The position numbers and the translations under genes are program-made. The notes under the pieces were generated by a model. It was not told where the DNA came from. It was given only the letters and a program-made list of their open reading frames with translations, and ran no database searches. From NCBI GenBank assembly GCA_030141605.1, contig JAQGDQ010000009.1, positions 434,001-498,000 of the forward strand: a stretch of 64,000 bases of DNA. The letters are read 5' to 3'. The number at the start of each line of letters is the position of its first letter. The stretch's first letter is position 1. This document shows positions 45,501-58,758 of the stretch, in pieces. The stretch is from Tubiluchus corallicola. Lineage: Eukaryota > Animalia > Priapulida.

Positions 45501-48500
45501 ATTTTGGAATTTTAGAACTTTACTATAGAACTTAAATATGACATACATTTCATTACCAAAAATCTGAAAAATGATAGTATCAGTAAAATTACTACTGCAT
45601 TATAAATCTACTGGAAAAAGCAAATTAATATGTAAAAAATGTTGCATAAATCAGCTGTATTACTTGTTGCCGGAGACTTCCGTCAGTAAAAAAAGGTTTT
45701 TGAGGCAGGAACAGAAGATCACTGGGTCCTAGCAATGTTTTTTGCATAACACTACCTAAAAATGTCAGCAAAAACTTCCATAGAACGTTTTTCTAAAAAA
45801 ATAGAATTGTAAGCAATAGTGTTTGTTTACTAGTCTACATTCTGAAGCTGGCTTATACGCAAACAATATAACTACTACACAGCAAAGTATAAATGACTGA
45901 TGTCATAATGTTTCGCATCCCATAGTTTTTCAAGTGAGAAATCCCTAAAATGCAATTCGGAACTAAACCATAGTTGTTCTTCTTGGTGAAGCTGTTTAAA
46001 AAAAACTAGCTCATTCGTATTTTTGCAAAATTACGAGAAAATTGCATGGGCGAGTTTCATACAATCGCTGATTGCAGAAATTGAAATAGGTCTAGATACC
46101 ATATCATGGAACAGGTTACTAATGAGTAAAAGTTTTGCACAAAAATTTTTTTTGGTGTGTTTTTTTTGGCAGCTGGCACCAGACACAATTTAAAAGATAA
46201 GCACTGAATTAGTTCAACACCTTCTGTTTGCTGTATAACTGTTTAATCTTTTGAGACATATTACAGAAATTACAATTCGATGATCAATCAAGCCATATAT
46301 GTAGATATATACCAACAGAATTAACATGTTAGATGTATCAGGAACTATTGCTCTCACATACATGTATTTAACATACAAAAAATTGAAGTATTTTAACACC
46401 TTACCACTTGTTATGGGCCATAAATTGCACAGTACACGCAAAAATGAGGTCTTTCCAGAACTGCTGTCCCCAGTTATTATCAAATTACAGCCTGCGACAA
46501 TCTGATATGAAAAGTCTGCAAATAGAAAATGTGTTTAAATTGTGCAAAGTTTTATAAAACCGTTAAAAACAATATAATGCTAATACACACCTAGCTAAAG
46601 TGATTACATATTAATGCACTAATGTATTTGTCTCTGTAATTTTGCAAGTAATCACAAACACTGATCTTTCAAAATGGTCAAAAATAGTCATTCAAGTTGA
46701 CAAAAAACCTGACGGTGTGAAAATCAATGACTTCCCAAAGTATGCATCAGCATTCGATGCTTCCTTGTGAACATACAGATTTCTATGCTACAGTGTAGCA
46801 GCAAATTTCCCATTATGTAAAATTAGAAGGGCGTTGGATTCATGTCTACTGAAAAACTGATTCATGCATTTGTCTCCAGTAGGTTAGATTGCTATAACAG
46901 TTTGCCTTTTGGTTTACCTAGCAAGGTAGGTACAAGGGCATCCTTGCGGCTTCGACTTCCACTGGGTACTAGTTAAGCAGCACTGTTTTAAAATTTTGTG
47001 CTTTGCCTTTAAAATACTGCATAACTTTGTGCCCGTTTGCAGAGCAGAATTTGCTTCTAATCGTACTTCAGTGCATGAAAGCATGAGGCTAACGAAGCTG
47101 CAATTTTAAATAAAGGGCAAGAAAAAACTTTAATTTCACGGTATAAGGCCTTTTTAGTTTTTCTACCTCAACTCTGGAAATTTTTCTAGTAAACTGCGCA
47201 ACTTACAATCACACGAATCAGTCAAATCACTATTAAAAACATATTTATTCTGCAACTCATGATACATTTTGTTATACATCTATTCTGGTAAGTTAATTTT
47301 AAAACTGCTTTTAGGATTATGCTAATTTTTAAATTGTCCACTTGTTTTCTTATTCTTTTAGTGTAATACGATTTTAATTGCATTTTATTTATATAAAGTG
47401 TGGTGAGATAACTTTTATGCGGTGAACTTTAAAAAATAAACTATTATTATTACTAATGTTTATTAGTAAAAATTTAGAAACTTTACAGCAGCGAACAAAG
47501 TTTGACATCAACAGTGGACTTTTAGTACTTTAGTCAAATTGTTTTATTAACAGAAAACGGAAATCTTTACACTTGAGAAACAAGTACCTTTCACAAGAAC
47601 ATCTTCACTACCTGGCTGCGAGTAGGAGACGTTCGTTAACCTGTAAGCTACCTTGACATGTTCCACATCGAAATTCGAGGAGTACCTAAAAATTAATTTC
47701 ACAGTTTTATAAGGTACTATGGCCAATTACATAATATAGGTATATTACGAAATCGTTAATGTTAAAGGAAAAGACTCTCTTTCCGGGAAGTAAAATTTAC
47801 TAGAATCCTTGCATAAAATGTTAGAGAAATTCCTTATGTAACTAGCAAAATCACTTTAAAGTCACGATCATCGCATACTTGAGCGAGCACATTTTGTACA
47901 CTCCACTTATCAGCCAATTACATTGGCAAATCGAAGAAAAGCAGATTTAAGAAGCATACTGTCAAAGATATGTCAATTAGACCCTTATTTAAGTAAAAGT
48001 GACGAAGTTAGCTTGGTCTTCCACCAGACCTAGAATTTTTTTACACTGCAATGACATAAATTAATCTCACATTTTACAGATATAGTTTTTTTGTTATATT
48101 TTGTAAGTTCAACTGACAGCACTAAAGTAAACCCAACATACTGAATAACTTGTTTTTTCTTTTTATGAAATACTTCAAGCATGAAAAAAATCACATTTTT
48201 AATCTTATGAATAAGATTCGACATGTAATAAGCATTTCATCTCGATTAGATTAGCACGCAGCTGTATAATCACATTTAATTGGGCCGACTTCTCTTCATT
48301 TATTAATTGAATATTCTTGTAGTGCATTGTAACTGTAACCTTGAAGATCAAGCTTGAAATTTATTAGCACATCTTCACTGTTAGGAAGTTAGCATTTCAC
48401 AGGTGTGGTGGCAAAAATTGAGTTTTTTAGTGTACCACAAAAATGTTCAATAGTCAATCGTGACACAATATGTATAATTACAAACTTACATTTCCTCAGC

Positions 48501-51500
48501 AGCAGCTGAAGGTTTTAAGTCACTAGACGAGTGAGCTTTAGAAGATCCACTTAGTCTATTCATAACTTCCATTAACTCCCCTATCCTTAAAACATGCAAA
48601 GCATTTTTACAAACAATAAATTCACCTTCATAAATAATTGCAAATAAGAATGATTGCAAAACAAAATAAACAGAGATATTGCTACTAATTATGTTAGTCA
48701 AGTGACAAAGTAAAAAAAGGGTTACTACGCAGTTTCATGGCTAAAAGTAGAAGTTCAAGCTATATGGTGATAATTATGATCAACAAGAAAAATTGGCCAA
48801 CTGAGAATAAGATACAAAAGATGTTTGCAAAAATGTAATAATAAAAATACTACCACAAGTATTGAAAATTTTCTGCGCGAATACAGTGCGCCTATCTTTC
48901 GACAATTTCACGGCATTTCTGTTTAAAAATGTGGAATGCTAACATTCTCAGACTGTTGGCAGAATGTGAAAAATAGTCACAAAGTCATTGTAGCATTCTC
49001 AAAATGTCCTTCATTCTTTTGAAATTGTTAACGAATGTTACGAAAAATTGGCGACATCTGTGTGCATGTTTGTAGCACATTCAGACAACTTAATGACAGT
49101 TCGGAGGAGTGTTGGTGAGATGGCGACTGGTGAGGTCTGCGACTGGCGAGTTTTGCAACTCACACTTAAACATTTTAAAAATTCCCGTATTTGCCAGATT
49201 GAGGGCCAGCGACCTTTTGACGGCAATTGCGAGTGCCCATACACATTTTGGGGAACTTTCGGAACATATTTGCAGATAGTCATAGTCGAAAACCCAGTGA
49301 AAACAGTCTCATGATTGTAACAGGCCTTTTGACAATAGCTAAGGTAAGACGTATGTGGTCCCACAACAGAAATCTTTGCTTTCTTCCATTGCTTTGACCC
49401 CGTGATTTTTACTTCTGTCTTATTAGCATCAACTTTATGGCAAAAGCAGATGTGACACACTCTACTGTCCCGAAACACTGTATTTCCTAATTTGAACATA
49501 GATTATTTGGCAAAAACATGATCAGTAGTTCAGCACAGAATGATATGGATGTTTGATATATACGTAACAGACATACCTATGTGCTGTGCCAGCAATGTCA
49601 GTCAAGTTCACTGATAAATCGATCAAACGTGTGAAACAGCTAATCAGGTATATGCACACAAATGCATTCTGAAATGAATTTTAATTATCTTTAAAACAAC
49701 TTGTTTTTATCTTTGTCGTAATATAGGTATATACAGTTCATTCTACATAGAGTCAAACCTTCTGCATATGGATCTAAACCTACATATATGAAAATATTTA
49801 CAAAACAATATATCACCTGCTTGGTCACATCTATAAAAATATACAAGCTTAATTGCATAAAATTTACGTAACATATTAAACATGCTTCTCTTATATTGTC
49901 AATGAAACAATTTTCTTGTAAATTCCAATATTTTATTGATAGTATGAAGGCTTTCAGCAAGCAAAATTTAGTAATTATTAAGATCCACATGTTTTACTTA
50001 ATAAGTGTTATAATATCTCATTAAATGTGTATATTTGTTTTTCAATTTGGCCTCAACATTGAGAACGGTGTACAGCTAATACACAAAGAGCAAAATGTTT
50101 GCCATAACAAAATTCTGAAAAAATATATATTAGCAATGCCTTGTATTTAACTTATTTTTAGCTATTAAAACATTTTATGAAGTTTAACAGCAAAACAATA
50201 AGCAAAGAAGTAATTAAGAAAAATCCTAGCAGTGACCATGACTGTTACGGTTTGTTCAGACTAGCAAGTTTTCTGTCACAAGTTTTCTCTCTGACAACAA
50301 ACTCGCAAGTGTGAACTGCTTGCGAGTTACTGTTTGCAATCAATTGCAAACACTCGAACACTAATTGAACATGCTTGCGAGTTACTTAGCAAGTTAACTT
50401 GGCGAGAAAACTCGCTAATCTGAATGCGTCATTACGGACAGTGAACTCCCATTTTAACTACAAGCACCAACAGCATGAATCACTTACTTCGCTTATAAGT
50501 GCACTAAGCTCAGTTGAGTCCAAGTAGTCGTAAGCACCAGCAAAGATTGGTACTGCTAACACAATGTAACTGAGAATACTGCCAAGATAGTCTGCTAAAT
50601 TGACTGAAACTAAATAAAAGATAACACAAAAACTCACAAAATTATATGATGTCATCAGCTAACAGGTTTGTTATGGTCGCAGGGGTATTCACGTGTTTGC
50701 AAACACTTAAAAAACGTATAAGGCATTCGCCACTTATCAAAAAATCTCTATTTACCGCTATTCCATTATTATTCAGTAAATTACCATATTAGTAATTAGT
50801 GCTAAACGTTTTTACATAATTCCTCTGACAATCAAAAAAAAATTCAGAGTTGGCTAAAAGACTTCAACCACACATAAATGTGTCTTGAAATTGGGAATTT
50901 TTTTAACAGGTTTTTTATTAAAACTGCAATTTTCCTAAATGTGATGTTTAAATATTTTTGAATTTTGATGCCAAAAATTGCACCATTTCTTGCCAGTGTC
51001 TTGCCAATACAGCTCAGTAACGTTAGTTGTAAATGTTTCAGAATTTTTGACAAACCAATTTCCATGAAAGATTAAAATTTTAGAATAAACTAAACACATG
51101 TTCAGTTTGTTCTCAAATCAACATCTATTTACTAGAAATTGGAATTTATATATTTTAAAATGTCTAAATAAATTTCACCCTATTTTTAATCTGATTCGTA
51201 ACAAACGTGTCGAGCTGCCACCCCACCACCACCACCAAAATGCCTGTTTCCATACCTGTTTCTGTCCACATAGCAAGTTTTAAGCAAAAGATGCAGAAGT
51301 TAATGTGCATGAAAAATGTGTACGGAAATGCCCAAAAAAGCATTTTGAGTGTGTACTCAATACTAATCATGACATAAAAATTAACACAACTACTAAGTAA
51401 ATGATACACTGAAGAATGAAGCAGATAATTACACACTTAATAACTTTCTCACATCTGTGGTAAAAAACCAGTGCCAAGGCAACCAATTCCTAAGGCCGGG

Positions 51501-54500
51501 GGGTGTGCAAATTATCTGACTAGCCGGGCCACATTAAACTTTGCCGCAATTCCTGCGGGCCACAGGCAGTTTGATCAAGGAGCCAAGTACAGAAAGGCCT
51601 AATAACGATTTTTTGCATCTGACCTGCGTACATCATTACTACTACACTCAAGAAACTATTTTAGAAGTTATTAAAATTATATTGCAAAACATATATTTCT
51701 ACTTTCAGGACAGATAGTGGTAATTTCATTACAATGTATATTAGTAATGCGTATCACACAGTCTGTGTAGTACAGTGACATTAAGCTACAACCGTCTTGT
51801 AAGGGTTAATGGTATCCGATCTAGTAGAAAAAACTACCCGCACTATCTTTGGGACGTGGCACGGACTTCAGCTGGATATGCTCAATTAATCGCCCGGGCC
51901 GCACTTTCATTAGGTTGACAAATCTCTTCGCGGGCCGCACAAATTCTGTCGGCGGGCCGCAATTTGCACACCTCTGTCCTAAGGCAAGATTTAGAACAGT
52001 CTAGAAAATTACAATGCAAACCAAAACAGAGACATTAGTTATCCCTAATGCCACACGATCATCTAATGATACTTTTATGTAAAATTCATCTTGATGTCTA
52101 GTTCATACAGTCTATCAAGCAAATTCCTATCGTTACATATTAAACTTACTATTAAGTGCATACTGCCTGTTAATAAGTTGAGCTTGAGTATTGAGCAAAT
52201 TGTTTAGCTTCGCATTCGTTCGCGTCTCTTCAACAGGGCCAGCTTGAGAGAAAGCAGCTGATTCAGCATTTGCTCGAATTTGCATGTGTTTGAACCTAAA
52301 CAATTAATTACAAGTATTCATTAATAGCTTAATTTTACTTTTCAAAATCCATTAAGAGAGATAGCATAAAGAGAGCTATTTAAATAAGAGCATCTCTGTG
52401 TTGAGAAATTGAAATTCAAACACTGGCGACATACTCGCCAGCATTTACTGCAACAATATCCTGTAAGAAATTTCATACAACATTAAGGCGCATAAGAAGC
52501 TTTTCGTAACATGATATTTTCAACTGTAGAAAAAATACGACACAATACTACATTGAAGCCAGAAATGCTTCATGGATAAAAGAATTATACCTTAGAGGAA
52601 ACCATAATGAAGAATGGCACAGCAATACAAAATATGAAAGTTTAAGCATTTCCACAAATGACTGTTTCACTAGGAATGGCATTATACGTTTTTCTGCGGC
52701 CAAACTAAACTGTCTTATAGCGCGTTCAGACTAGAGAGTTCTCTCACCAAGTTAACTTACAAAGTAATTGGCAAGCGTGTTCAGACTAGAGAGGTCAAAA
52801 CTTGCTGAGTGTTCTCCAACAGTAAGCACAAGCTGAAACATCCTTGTCTATTCACTGAGTGTCGAGAGTCAGTCCCTGAGATATTTGCACTAGACAGCAG
52901 CTGCAGAGAATTTTCAATAACTTGCCGACAGTAACTTGCAAAGCAGTTCCCACTTGCGAGTTTATTGTCAGAGAGAAAACTCTCTAGTCTGAACATGCCG
53001 TTAGAGAGTAACATTGAACAGCTTTTGGGTACATAATTACATTATATTTACATTAGCAATCAACATTAACAAAAATCAAACCAAAATGAAACACATAATT
53101 CAGAATGCTTATAATTTTGTATAAATTTGTTTTTTTCTGAACCCATTTCAACATCAGACTTGCAACAAACATTTAACACCTAATCTTGTATAATAGCTTT
53201 CTTACCTGAAATTTCCCTCTTGTCTTTCTTGCTGTACCACAAAATAGATAACGGCTGACATAATAAGCTTGTTGATCACAGAGCTCACGATAAAGAAACC
53301 GACGATGCTAGTTGGTCCAAGCCATCCTGTTCTAAAAATAACTATTTTAGCCTCACAGCAGCCCAGTGATTTCGTTTTATTGAGTGTCACATGTTTACTA
53401 CACAATTTTAAGCTTTAATTAGCACACTTAATTAAAATAGTTTTGAAGTGATAAAAGCTATTGAAAGAAATTAGAAAACTGAAAAGTAATTGTTTTAACA
53501 AACCCTTAAAACATTACATATTGCAATTTGCAATTAATGCCAAATATACTAATGTAAGTTATGCAGAAAAATAACACTACAATAATAATTTAATCCTCAC
53601 AGCAAAACACATTTTCTGAAAGAGTAATTCGATTATGGCAAAACGAAAATTACGTTTTCCACGCTTGGTATGTGTAATACGCAATAGTAAACGGTGCTAT
53701 TATTACTTCCGGTACAACTCGGCTAAATTGTCTACACATTTTTTCAACATCCTGAGTCATTCTTTGGTCACTAAATCAAAAAAAAAACAATATGAAAAAA
53801 GCAAATGACACAAAACATTCAATAATAACAAACACGAAACAATAACTACAATGTTACTGATGATTCACATTTTCTCTCAAACCAAGTTACATTACTTGTT
53901 ATTGTTTCTGTTTTTTGTTTGCATAAGCTGTATTTGTGACACAATGCGGACATTTTTCACCATATGCTTAACTTGAGTTAGGCCTAGTTAGCTCTTTCAA
54001 GTAGTTTTGTTAGACTCTAGTTAAACAGTTAGCTGGTAAGAGTGACGGGGAAAACAAAAGAATAAATACATTCAAGTCAATCAAATACTAAATGTCAAGT
54101 GCCAAGCCTGCTTTAGGCAGCTAAGTAAATAAATAAATAAAAATAATAATAATAAAAACAGCAGTTTAACAGCAATTGTAGTAAAATAAAACTAAAGAAA
54201 AACACAAATTTCATAATATGTTACACAAAGTAACACTCACGGATTATCTACAGAGTTATCTAGAACGTTCACTCTATAAAATGTCTGGTTGAGAAAGTAC
54301 ATATTGTGTATTATCTCGCAAAGATATTTTCTCCAAGAAATGTACAGCACGGAACTTGTGCATTGGTGCGTACTTTTCACCTGAAAAAAGAAATGGATCG
54401 AAACTTAAGAACAAATGTCAAATCATCAATTTGTTATTTTTATACATAACTCAACGCACTGTAAGATGTTTGACCAAAATTGGAGTTTAGGTTAAAGCAT

Positions 54501-57500
54501 CATTGAAAACAAGCAAACACACATTAAGAAAGACATCAAGCTTACAATTAGTCTACTTGCCAATTAAATGAAAGAGACACTGAAAAATTGTCAGCCAACC
54601 AGGATTCGAACCCAGAATCTTGTATTAACACGGTAGCGGCTCTACCATTTGAGCCATTGGCCCAAGATAGCAAAGCAACCAAGTTAGAAGCACAAATGCA
54701 ATAAATGATTAAATAAATAAATATTATCAGGCCTAAATAGATCACTTTATGGAGTTACTGATGAAAGTATCTAATGCACATAGCATTACACACACAAAAA
54801 AATAATAATTATTTCATAATACTATTTTTCCAGACTTTGTGAACAATTTACACATAAGTGAAATGACATTACTTTTCCATCTGCCATAATTCAAAGCATT
54901 CACGAATAAAGTTATATGTTGTATTTCTGTATCATTAGTACCTAATAAAAACAAAAATTTATCGTTCACCTGTCTTACAAATGCGACACAGTAGTGATTA
55001 GTAATTGTCCTTCCGGGTTAAATTTTAGACAGGATATGATGACATTTTTCCGTTCCCTATTTCAAGTTTGGAACATTATTTGCATAATCTTTTGTTAATT
55101 GGAATTGTGTGTGGTTGGCAAACAGTAATTGATACTGGAAGCTGAGTGAAAAAACATGAAAGCTGAAGATGCAGGAGCACCCTCACAGCATCACATACTA
55201 TTGTACTTTGTAATGTCAGCCACAGATTTGGCTATCGATTGTTCCCTGTTTTAAAACAGCACCCACTAATAGGCTTAATGACGATGACGAAATACATCTA
55301 AATAACATTGAAGTAGTTAGATAGTATACTATTAAGCTATTATGCTCAAAGTGAATGCCAATGATTTTGAAAATGATCGACGAGTATAAATCCTGACTCA
55401 ACAAATGCAAAACATTAATTTCTAATTAGTGGAAAAAAATACCAGGGCTATAGAGACGATCAAGATTAAAGCGTAGATGACCGTTTGTTTAAAAGCCAAC
55501 ACATCTTTCTTTCCAAGAACATTGTAGAATCGACTTGGCAGTAATCCTACATTGAACACAATAACCTGTTCTGAAAATACAAATAACAGATAAATAGCTT
55601 TGCGACATTTTTTAATTTTGTTAAAACTCGTAATCAACAATGCCATTTTTTGCAAAAAAAATCAAATAAGCGAGACCTGCAATATACAAGTGGAGATTTG
55701 CGCAATTCAATTCAGTCCACCTTTTATTTCAGCATTAAAAATTGCCATATAACACACTAGAAATAATCACTATAGATACATAAATGCACAAATGCTAACT
55801 CTACTAATTACATGTAACAACAAAAAATATTAAAAGCTATCCATGCCAAACAAAGAAAAAAACTGAAGTGTAACACATATTTGTAATGTTCGTAGTTATT
55901 TGTAATATTTGCCATTACAGCATTGTTAGATTGTATAATTCTGGTAAGCAGCACAGTTCTCTTAACGTTTTATCATAAATCACTCCAAAAATTGTTAATG
56001 CATCGCAAAAAAGAATGTGCTGCCTTTGTTATGATGTGTGCAAAATAAAAAATTCTGTTACAATAATCACCTTAAAACAATAAAACAATAATAAAAATAT
56101 GTCTTACCTAATAACAGCAAAGCTAGGAGAAAGACAAACAGTAAAGGTGTAGCAGCTGTTAGAGCAGGAAACATGATCTTCATCAAGATCCAAAATCGTT
56201 TCAAAAACAGCATGTTAAAATCAAAACTAGAAGTAAAAAAATTAATTGAAAAGAGCCAAATTTCTTAAAATGTACAAGGTGTTTTACAATTGTATGTAGG
56301 TAGCGAATGACATTTGTGAATTTGCATTGTAGATAAAAAAATGTAGCCTGATTTCAGTAAAAAGTGTACAGGCAAAGTTGTGCTTACAAAACTATATTAT
56401 TTGGTTAAGTTTATTTTGAAAGATAGTAAGCATAAAATGCAAATATACAAGTTATGACATTTGCCAGTCCTACAGAAAAGAGCAAAACACACATGGCAAT
56501 AAAACATAACATAACAGTGCACAGCATACACATAACCTATATAATCATCACAGATAATGGGACAAAATATGTATTTATAGTGGAGATACAAGACAAGGTA
56601 CACAGAAAGTTAAAAGACACAATACTTATCATGGTGATATTATTCATACTACAGTAGGCCTACTCTAGAATATTGTTATGTTTAAATTATTACTTTTAGA
56701 GGTATTAATGGGCTCTAACTGGGAGCATATTATGAAAAGAATGCTGTGTATGATGTGAGAACAGTTAATTTTCGAAAGTTGTTTCATAATTTCAATGCCT
56801 TAGTGTTTGAATTGGTATATTTTACAATTGGAAAAGTAGAAAAAATGGCAAATATGTTATATTGATGCAATTGACTTCTATAATAAAACTAGAATACACT
56901 CAGTAGGAAGTAGATTTCTGCCAAAGCCGAACAATCCTAATTATACTTGTCTGATTTTTTGGATTAAAAAAAGTAACATAAAAATAGACAAGCAAACACA
57001 CAAAAATGTGCCTGTATTGGTATTATGTAGACCAGCAAGTCTCACAAAATATTTGTTCATAAAGTAGATTTATAATCAATAATGTACAAATGTTTCACAT
57101 TGTGTTTATCTACCTTTTTAACCAGTAATTCTGTCGATGGCTATAGACTGACAAATATATCCATATTTACATACCAAGTTACAAGCAACAATTATAGACA
57201 GCATTACACAGTTTTACAAGCAAGAATTTCTTCAAATGGAAATAGAACTAACTCCTAGTACGTTGTTTGTCCAGGTGAAGATAACAAAAAAAAGTACTAA
57301 ACGTCTACTGTCATGATAGACAAAAACAACCAAACTGTTGAAGCATTACTTCCTTGCAAGAGGTAAAAATAACTAAAATAATTATCCCCACGATAATCCT
57401 AACCCTAAACTCATATTTCACTAAGTGTGCCATTTTTCCTGAACGTATTTGTACTAGGTGCAGATACCACTTCATTTGTCAGGCTATTCCAGTTGTTAAC

Positions 57501-57871
57501 GATCCTGCTTGAAAAGCTGTGGAAACGTACCGATTTATTATCAGCACAACGTGGTAACAAGGCTGGTTACCTACAAAATTAAAAACTTTTTTGCGATGGA
57601 ATTGAATAAAACAACCAGCCACAGGAAAAAGTGGAAATGGGGTCCTACACAAAACAAATACATCATCACACCTAAATCATTAGGTAAATAGACAATGTTG
57701 CTACCCATGGATGCGCGACATTTAAATCTGTGGAAATATAGCTGTCACCCCATGATACTTAATCTAGTGAAATAATGTTCCTGAACGACCGGGTTTTTGG
57801 CTTCTAGATTTTTATTAATCTAAAAGTTCGATATGCGTATTCTACCTTTTCTTCGACAGAACTTGATGCAT
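33956..57871 (-). CDS. ABCD4: ABC transporter subfamily D member 4 (lysosomal cobalamin exporter), whole-gene model, 17 exons, about 611 aa
   Basis: All 17 exons are GT-AG and phase-consistent. Motifs: [30 protein letters not shown] (EAA loop), Walker [10 protein letters not shown]-loop FLPQKPFF, signature [11 protein letters not shown], Walker B/D-loop ALDEATSA, H-loop ISVGHR. ABCD4-specific blocks [15 protein letters not shown] and [13 protein letters not shown] are present. Confidence 0.96.
34703..35293 (+). CDS. Nested gene exon 1 (start codon uncertain)
   Basis: Long open frame ending in a Cys/His cluster ([15 protein letters not shown]), then CCG|GTAAGT. Confidence 0.72.
34703..43150 (+). 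CDS. Nested antisense 7-exon gene, uncharacterised coiled-coil protein of about 555-584 aa
   Basis: Exons 34703(or 34790)-35293, 37718-37831, 38164-38265, 39572-39685, 40693-40891, 41103-41349, 42763-43150. Every junction is pyrimidine-AG/GT and phases 0,0,0,0,1,2 chain into one open frame. The core is heptad-rich, and AATAAA signals lie near 43321. Confidence 0.85.
36125..36890. mobile_element. Family A copy in nested-gene intron 1
   Basis: Collinear similarity to 38297-39021 and 16801-17241. Confidence 0.6.
37718..37831 (+). CDS. Nested gene exon 2
   Basis: ttttcttttgtag|[38 protein letters not shown]|gt. Confidence 0.82.
38164..38265 (+). CDS. Nested gene exon 3
   Basis: ttgcttccag|[34 protein letters not shown]|gtaaga. 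Confidence 0.85.
38297..39021. mobile_element. Family A copy in nested-gene intron 3
   Basis: Starts GCAGAAAACGTGC, ends GCACATTTTTTCTGCACCACCCTATA. Confidence 0.65.
39411..39556. repeat. Two tandem (TA)n-centred hairpins
   Basis: ATTTTTACAGGATGATATAATGT-(TA)n-ACATTATA(TA)TTATCCTGTAAAAAT twice. Confidence 0.92.
39572..39685 (+). CDS. Nested gene exon 4
   Basis: ctttttaacag|[38 protein letters not shown]|gtgcat. Confidence 0.85.
40693..40891 (+). CDS. Nested gene exon 5
   Basis: [66 protein letters not shown]. Confidence 0.87.
41103..41349 (+). CDS. Nested gene exon 6
   Basis: [33 protein letters not shown]...SNPS, then AG|GTGAAT. Confidence 0.85.
42763..43150 (+). CDS. Nested gene exon 7 (Ser/Asp-rich tail, stop)
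   Basis: ttctctctgtag|A ATG AAC..., phase 2 matches exon 6; ends SYSSSYK*. Confidence 0.82.
43535..43611 (-). CDS. ABCD4: ABCD4 exon 16 (ABC signature)
   Basis: [25 protein letters not shown]. Confidence 0.96.
44851..44916 (-). pseudogene. 5S rRNA-derived fragment (SINE3-like)
   Basis: AAGTAGTGTCTAACCTGGTCAGTAAATGGATGGGTGACCACCCAGAATAC resembles the 5S internal control region. Confidence 0.7.
44969..45071 (-). CDS. ABCD4: ABCD4 exon 15
   Basis: [33 protein letters not shown]. Confidence 0.94.
45415..45451 (-). CDS. ABCD4: ABCD4 exon 14 (37 nt)
   Basis: [12 protein letters not shown]. Confidence 0.92.
45664..45755 (-). CDS. ABCD4: ABCD4 exon 13 (Q-loop)
   Basis: [30 protein letters not shown]. 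Confidence 0.95.
46405..46515 (-). CDS. ABCD4: ABCD4 exon 12 (Walker A)
   Basis: [36 protein letters not shown]. Confidence 0.95.
46980..47262 (+). mobile_element. Decayed L2/CR1 LINE 3' end
   Basis: Frameshifted ..[30 protein letters not shown], resembling the L2 terminal motif. Confidence 0.55.
47588..47685 (-). CDS. ABCD4: ABCD4 exon 11
   Basis: [32 protein letters not shown]. Confidence 0.88.
48490..48585 (-). CDS. ABCD4: ABCD4 exon 10
   Basis: [31 protein letters not shown]. Confidence 0.9.
49577..49668 (-). CDS. ABCD4: ABCD4 exon 9
   Basis: [30 protein letters not shown]. Confidence 0.95.
50247..50434. mobile_element. PIF/Harbinger-like MITE, copy 2 (opposite orientation)
   Basis: GTTCAGACTAGCAAGTTTTCT ... 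AGAAAACTCGCTAATCTGAATGCG, TTA flanks. Confidence 0.65.
50488..50609 (-). CDS. ABCD4: ABCD4 exon 8
   Basis: [40 protein letters not shown]. Confidence 0.95.
51496..51976. mobile_element. hAT-type MITE with 8-bp target site duplication
   Basis: Ends GGGTGTGCAAATT / AATTTGCACACCTCTG; TCCTAAGG on both flanks (51488-51495, 51977-51984); internal GCGGGCCGC subterminal repeats. Confidence 0.85.
52150..52295 (-). CDS. ABCD4: ABCD4 exon 7
   Basis: [37 protein letters not shown]... Confidence 0.95.
52719..53003. mobile_element. PIF/Harbinger-like MITE, copy 3
   Basis: GCGCGTTCAGACTAGAGAGTT ... AACTCTCTAGTCTGAACATGCC, TTA flanks. Confidence 0.7.
53206..53331 (-). CDS. ABCD4: ABCD4 exon 6
   Basis: [41 protein letters not shown]. 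Confidence 0.95.
53654..53770 (-). CDS. ABCD4: ABCD4 exon 5
   Basis: [38 protein letters not shown]. Confidence 0.95.
54241..54380 (-). CDS. ABCD4: ABCD4 exon 4
   Basis: [47 protein letters not shown]. Confidence 0.94.
54592..54662 (-). mobile_element. tRNA-derived SINE head / tRNA pseudogene
   Basis: A box TGGCTCAAATGG, B box GGTTCGAATCC, acceptor-like GGCCAAT/GTTGGCT; the anticodon stem does not pair. Confidence 0.65.
55443..55570 (-). CDS. ABCD4: ABCD4 exon 3
   Basis: [43 protein letters not shown]. Confidence 0.94.
56108..56226 (-). CDS. ABCD4: ABCD4 exon 2
   Basis: [39 protein letters not shown]. Confidence 0.92.
56888..57370. mobile_element. Helentron/HINE-like element
   Basis: AAACTAGAATACACTCAGTAG..TTCTGCCAAAGC start and CTTCCTTGCAAGAGGTAA end, the degenerate subterminal inverted-repeat layout of this family. 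Confidence 0.5.
57846..57871 (-). CDS. ABCD4: ABCD4 exon 1 (MHQVLSKK-S)
   Basis: ATG with AAG|GTAGAA phase-2 donor matching exon 2. Confidence 0.7.
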
Positions 57872-58577
57872 AATAACGAACAATGTAATTAAATGCGTAC
57901 GCGAATCTCAGATATATTTGTGCGACAAGCAAAGATTTCTCTTACTTGAACTTCAACTTAAAAACAGCGCACGCGAGGCAGTGTTGCCAACTCTTACAAC
58001 GAACTCGCACATTTATTGCAAGAGTTTAGCGGGTGTCTCAGCAGAAAATTACAGTGTGAAAAGCGTGAAACACGAGAAAATTAAAAGCAAAAACATCACT
58101 GATTTAAAATACAATACGTTAGAAAGAGTAAAAATGACCGAATAGCAAGAAAAAGCCAAGCACTATATGCATAGGTCTTAATTGCCACAATAGAAGACAC
58201 TTAAAGAAAGTAAAAAAATTAATTATTGACATACTTGAATAGAGCGTGCTGCTGAGATTGAGGTTTACAAAATTTGGAGGTTTGTATACGTTGCAGGTAA
58301 TGCGTAAAATTTAGACATTTAATAAAAATTCCTAGGCATTTTATATAGTGCCTATGCATTTCGAGAAAAGTGTGAAATAAATCTTTTTCCGGAGACTTTT
58401 TCACACTTTTCCTAGACGTTTTGTATAATAACTAGGATTTATTTTAAAAATGTAAAGTCACTTTGGCAACGTGTAAAATGAACATTGAATTTTTTCTAGG
58501 CATCGTATGGAATGGATAAACCAATACTTAGCTAACGTACTAAACTTACTGGTGTTGTCATGGAAGAAGAGGCTAAC

Positions 58578-58758
<181 letters not shown>

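Noticed and set aside
46450-46475. ABCD4 Walker A GDSSSGKT as a degenerate site
   Set aside because: Still fits GxxxxGKT, and the other ATPase motifs are intact
54592-54662. Functional tRNA gene
   Set aside because: Anticodon arm does not pair; better explained as a SINE head
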